From: Clostridiaceae bacterium
GTDB lineage: Bacteria; Bacillota; Clostridia; DUPQ01
Length of the DNA stretch: 64,000 bases
Direction of reading: 5' to 3'
Assembly: GCA_012729955.1 (NCBI GenBank)
Contig: JAAYBX010000020.1
Coordinates: forward strand, 15,548-79,547
Numbering within the stretch: the first letter of the stretch is position 1; every line of letters starts with the position of its first letter. A program made the position numbers and the translations under genes. The notes beneath the pieces were generated by a model. It made no database searches, was not told the origin of the DNA, and saw only the letters and a program-made list of their open reading frames with translations. Shown piece by piece: positions 60,330 to 64,000 of the stretch.

Positions 60330-61022
60330 TTATTCAAACTTAGCGATAAAATTTATCTGATCCTTTGTCATACCGCACATGGTATTATCTTTTTGTTTTA
60401 GAACCACATTATCCGACAGCACTACTTCCTTCTTAAAATAAATATCAAAATCGTAACAGCCTTTCTTCATAAACTTTAATGCATCTGGTGCGTCGCATAC
60501 CCAGGCGACATATTCAGTATTATTTACATGCATGTTACCATCAATCGAGCTGTAACCTGCACGTACAATGTTATACTGCTTTGATTTATTACAATCAATT
60601 TCTGGTTTATTACCTATGGATACGCCTACTGCATCTTCTTTATATGAAATTGTATTTATTTCAGGACGTAGAAGAGATTTGTCTGAGATTTTACATAAAA
60701 ACCACTGTGTAGTAGCTAAAAGACTAGTGTCATTATTACATTTAAAAATAAAATCCCTCGTATAGGTCATTCCCTGTAGAGAAATTTGAGAAGTACCGAC
60801 ACTTATCAAATCATCTGCATACATAGGATTTAAGACTTTAACTACTGATCTTCTCAGAAGGAAAGCAATATCTTTATCAAGTAGGCTCTTACGCCCATAA
60901 CCGCATGAATCAAGATCTTTGTATGCGACATCCTGCATCATTACAAACATATGCTGTAGTTTCAGTCTTCTAAAACAGTCACACATACTTTCTTTAATTA
61001 TATAATTCTCATAAGTATGCAT
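60330..61022 (-). CDS. Acyl-ACP thioesterase family protein (double hotdog)
   Basis: 230 aa. MHVNNTEYVAWV resembles the conserved FatA/B YVNN..Y motif, and a Cys (CDAPD) is present. Confidence 0.55.
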   Translation of the reverse strand: MHTYENYIIKESMCDCFRRLKLQHMFVMMQDVAYKDLDSCGYGRKSLLDKDIAFLLRRSVVKVLNPMYADDLISVGTSQISLQGMTYTRDFIFKCNNDTSLLATTQWFLCKISDKSLLRPEINTISYKEDAVGVSIGNKPEIDCNKSKQYNIVRAGYSSIDGNMHVNNTEYVAWVCDAPDALKFMKKGCYDFDIYFKKEVVLSDNVVLKQKDNTMCGMTKDQINFIAKFE

Positions 61023-61028
61023 ATAAAA

Positions 61029-62888
61029 CTATTTCATAACACATTCATATGTTACTTTAAAAGTTTCCTCGCTCCCTTTTCTTCTTACTATTATACCTTG
61101 TCTTGTATCATTAAAATTATTCACATAACTGTTGACTACATAGAGGATTGAATTTTCTTCCGGTTCAACAGTGACAATAACTAACTTATCTTCGATGTCA
61201 AATTTTATTGTTACAGGTTTCGAATTATCTATCCTCTTAATGTCAGACAGATGCTGGTATCCCTCTTCACTGCCTATCATATCAACATTCTCATATTTGC
61301 AGTCAATAATACATTTCCCTTTACAATAGAATACATAATCCATTTCCAGTTCTTCTACTGCTTTTATATTAAATACATCAAATACCTTATTGCTATCAAT
61401 TTTCATATCGCGTATATAATCGACACACTCATAAACATTTTTAGATTTAGCGATAATATGATTATCATCATAATACTCGATCATGCCCTCAGGCCATATC
61501 CCCTCTCCAACAGGTGTATATGTCTGATCTTTCTGATTAATAACAACAGTATTATGGGCAATGGTCTTATGCTGCCATTCATAGAATATCTGCGAGCTGT
61601 ATCCTGCAGAACCTATGTCTTTTGACACAAGATCACCATAAAAAGCCATTTCCATAGTCATTACATCAGGATGACTGTGGCAAATTGTTTTTATTCCTGT
61701 TTTAAGGTACAGTTCAGTTACATCGTTCTTCAGAATAGCACAGAATGAATCTTCAAAATTATTTGACCCGAAATCAGGTAAATGGTCACATTCATCATAT
61801 TCTATGCCATAAAGAATCTCATCAAGAGTCTTTGGCTGTTTCTGTTTGTATTTTATATATCCAAGTACCTGCTTGAAATACGGATTATCGAAAAGAGCAC
61901 ATGCTTTAACATATGCATTCTGATATTTGAATATATCCATATCCAGTCCGCTGTCACATGGATTTGCAATACATCCGTTTTTGAACATTATTTTAAGAGG
62001 GAACATAAACTGACTTTCAATTATTTTCATCAGTTCATCATGTTCCGGTATACATAAGACTTCATTTCTTTGGCAGAGCAATAAAAGCTCAGCAGTAGCT
62101 GCAAGTCCGAAAAAGTGATAGCCTGTACTTGTTTCAAACCACATACCATCTTGCGTCACACCTCTTCTTAACTGATCCATAATCCCAAATTTAGAATAGA
62201 AAGCTCTCTTGATTATTTCTTCATCTTTGAAGAATACCCCGATATTCGCTTCGCTGACTTTTTGCCAGAGAGGAATGTTATATATCTTATTAGCAAAGAA
62301 ATCAAACATATCTGCCTGAGGAGTAAAAAATCCCTTATGCCATTTATCTAATTCAGCTTTTGTCAGATGATCCTGGGCGGCATCAATCCCATATAATAAA
62401 GACATAGTATTTGCTGCATCAGATAAACCTGTTCCTGTATATCTTCCAAGGAACCTTAGATTTGGCGCGAAGGATTCAAATTTTTCATAATTATCTGTAA
62501 GAAAGTTCATGACTTTCCTTATATAATCGATATATTTAGATTGTTTTGTAATACTGTACAGTATACCTGCATATTTCACATAAGCACAGCTAGTACTTCT
62601 GTATGATGTAGTCCATGCCCAGTCTTTTCTGTCTCCTGAATTTTCCTTTTTACATATAGAGCATTTATATATTCCTCTATTTTTAATATCAAAAGTCAGT
62701 GCTCCTGAGCAATAGTCGCAATGGAAGTCATGCCCCCATCCGGCTTTCCAATCAACACTGTCATGATATGTGGTTATAAACTCATCTGTGCTATCTTTAA
62801 TTGAATCATAAATACTTGAATTAGTGTCGAAATCCTTAATTATCTTTTCCCAGTTATACCCTGTCATAGTATACCCTCCAAATGCCAT
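61029..62888 (-). CDS. Heparinase II/III-family (polysaccharide lyase-like) protein with an N-terminal CxxC...CxxC zinc ribbon and no signal peptide
   Basis: CDYCSGALTFDIKNRGIYKCSICKK, then an alpha/alpha toroid, then a C-terminal beta-sandwich with NTVVIN, typical of Hepar_II_III. Confidence 0.6.
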   Translation of the reverse strand: MAFGGYTMTGYNWEKIIKDFDTNSSIYDSIKDSTDEFITTYHDSVDWKAGWGHDFHCDYCSGALTFDIKNRGIYKCSICKKENSGDRKDWAWTTSYRSTSCAYVKYAGILYSITKQSKYIDYIRKVMNFLTDNYEKFESFAPNLRFLGRYTGTGLSDAANTMSLLYGIDAAQDHLTKAELDKWHKGFFTPQADMFDFFANKIYNIPLWQKVSEANIGVFFKDEEIIKRAFYSKFGIMDQLRRGVTQDGMWFETSTGYHFFGLAATAELLLLCQRNEVLCIPEHDELMKIIESQFMFPLKIMFKNGCIANPCDSGLDMDIFKYQNAYVKACALFDNPYFKQVLGYIKYKQKQPKTLDEILYGIEYDECDHLPDFGSNNFEDSFCAILKNDVTELYLKTGIKTICHSHPDVMTMEMAFYGDLVSKDIGSAGYSSQIFYEWQHKTIAHNTVVINQKDQTYTPVGEGIWPEGMIEYYDDNHIIAKSKNVYECVDYIRDMKIDSNKVFDVFNIKAVEELEMDYVFYCKGKCIIDCKYENVDMIGSEEGYQHLSDIKRIDNSKPVTIKFDIEDKLVIVTVEPEENSILYVVNSYVNNFNDTRQGIIVRRKGSEETFKVTYECVMK

Positions 62889-63040
62889 CTTACTGACATA
62901 ATGCAGCCTTTAACAGCTGCAACGGCTTTACTATAGCAGAGCTTAAGGTTAGTTTCAACATTAAAATGCAAAGTTCACAAAAAGTTAACAGTTGATTACG
63001 GAAACAGCCTTTTTTTACATAATAAATTCAATATGCAGAC

Positions 63041-64000
63041 TTAAAGAACCTTAAGAGTTACATCATATGGAGGAAATGCTATTCCTTTTTCTGTTACAAT
63101 TGCTGTAATATCGTCATGGTCTGTAACATCAAAGGAAGGATTGAAAACTTTTACTCCTGACGGGATAACCTGTACACCTCTTATATGAGTCACTTCAGAA
63201 GCATCTCTTTCTTCAATAATAATTTCTGATCCGTCTTTTATGCCCAAATCAATTGTAGAAGTCGGACAGGCGATATACATAGGTATTTTGAATCTTTTTG
63301 CTATTATTGAAATATTTTTTGTTCCAATCTTATTCGCCGTGTCACCGTTTGATGCTACCCTGTCGCATCCGGTTATAACTGCATCAACCATCTTCTTACT
63401 CATTACATGAGCCACCATTCCATCAGTTATGACTGTAACATCCACCCCGTTTTTATTTAGTTCATATGATGTAAGCCGTGCACCCTGCAGTCTTGGTCGA
63501 GTCTCACATGCGAACACTGAAAGCTGTTTACCCTGCTCTTTTGCTAAATACATGGCAGCAGTCGCAGTTCCATATGCTGTAGTTGCTAAAATACCCGCAT
63601 TACAGACTGTCAGTACGCTCTTTGCATTCTTCAGAAGTGAAAGCATATTCTCACCAATCACTTTGTTCGCCTGAACATCTTCATTGTGTATTGCCACTGC
63701 TTCTTTATTTAGGGCTGATATTAGTTCTGCAACATTATTCCATTCATTATTTATAACTGCCATCATTCTTCTTGTTGCGTAAGTCAGATTTACTGCAGTA
63801 GGCCTAGAAGATTCCAGATAATCTGCAGCTTCTTGCATTTTACTTCTAAAGGCATATATATCTTCTGTATCTAGAGAAAGAGCTTTTATATACATCCCAT
63901 AACCTGCAGCAACCCCGATAGCAGGAGCTCCCCTGACTACCATATCCTTGATAGCAAAATATACAGACTCAATAGAATCACACACAAAATATTCTTCATT
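63041..64000 (-). CDS. mtnA: S-methyl-5-thioribose-1-phosphate isomerase (eIF-2B-like); the 5' end runs past the window
   Basis: VRGAPAIGVAAGYG near the N-terminus and the C-terminal motifs GADRVA(S)NGDTANKIGT. About 30 N-terminal residues are missing before the window edge. Confidence 0.85.
   Translation of the reverse strand, partial: NEEYFVCDSIESVYFAIKDMVVRGAPAIGVAAGYGMYIKALSLDTEDIYAFRSKMQEAADYLESSRPTAVNLTYATRRMMAVINNEWNNVAELISALNKEAVAIHNEDVQANKVIGENMLSLLKNAKSVLTVCNAGILATTAYGTATAAMYLAKEQGKQLSVFACETRPRLQGARLTSYELNKNGVDVTVITDGMVAHVMSKKMVDAVITGCDRVASNGDTANKIGTKNISIIAKRFKIPMYIACPTSTIDLGIKDGSEIIIEERDASEVTHIRGVQVIPSGVKVFNPSFDVTDHDDITAIVTEKGIAFPPYDVTLKVL

Noticed and set aside
62889-63040. Inverted repeat GCAGC-tgttaaag-GCTGC in the leader of the heparinase-like gene
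   Set aside because: Short 5-6-bp stem without a U-tract; insufficient to call a regulatory element.

Overview
Low-GC Firmicutes/Clostridia-type chromosomal segment, almost entirely minus-strand and densely packed with housekeeping genes. The clearest are prmA(partial), dnaJ, dnaK, grpE and hrcA with a perfect CIRCE; lepA, hemW, cca, an ackA-family kinase and lexA with a Cheo box; miaA, mutL, mutS, a ymcA-like gene and miaB; and coaD, rsmD, glpK, murD and an ispH-rpsA fusion. Further along are plsC, cmk, a 12S/1.3S/5S carboxyltransferase cluster, rluB, scpAB, trpS, dacB-like, an ABC exporter pair and mtnA(partial). An accessory locus at about 21.1-31.2 kb is the most interesting part. A strong promoter drives a leader that reads as a c-di-GMP-I (GEMM) riboswitch with a visible terminator/antiterminator expression platform. 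Behind it sit a catalytically degenerate EAL protein, two paralogous TasA/SipW-cognate-like secreted proteins and two SipW-type signal peptidases. Between the peptidases lies a membrane-anchored McrB-family AAA+ GTPase with an unknown 412-aa partner, and the locus ends in a large GGDEF(degenerate)-EAL membrane sensor. This looks like a c-di-GMP-gated matrix/fibre-assembly system with an unexpected McrB-like module. No CRISPR array, tRNA, rRNA or obvious mobile element was seen. All calls come from reading the translations and sequence by eye; no searches were run.
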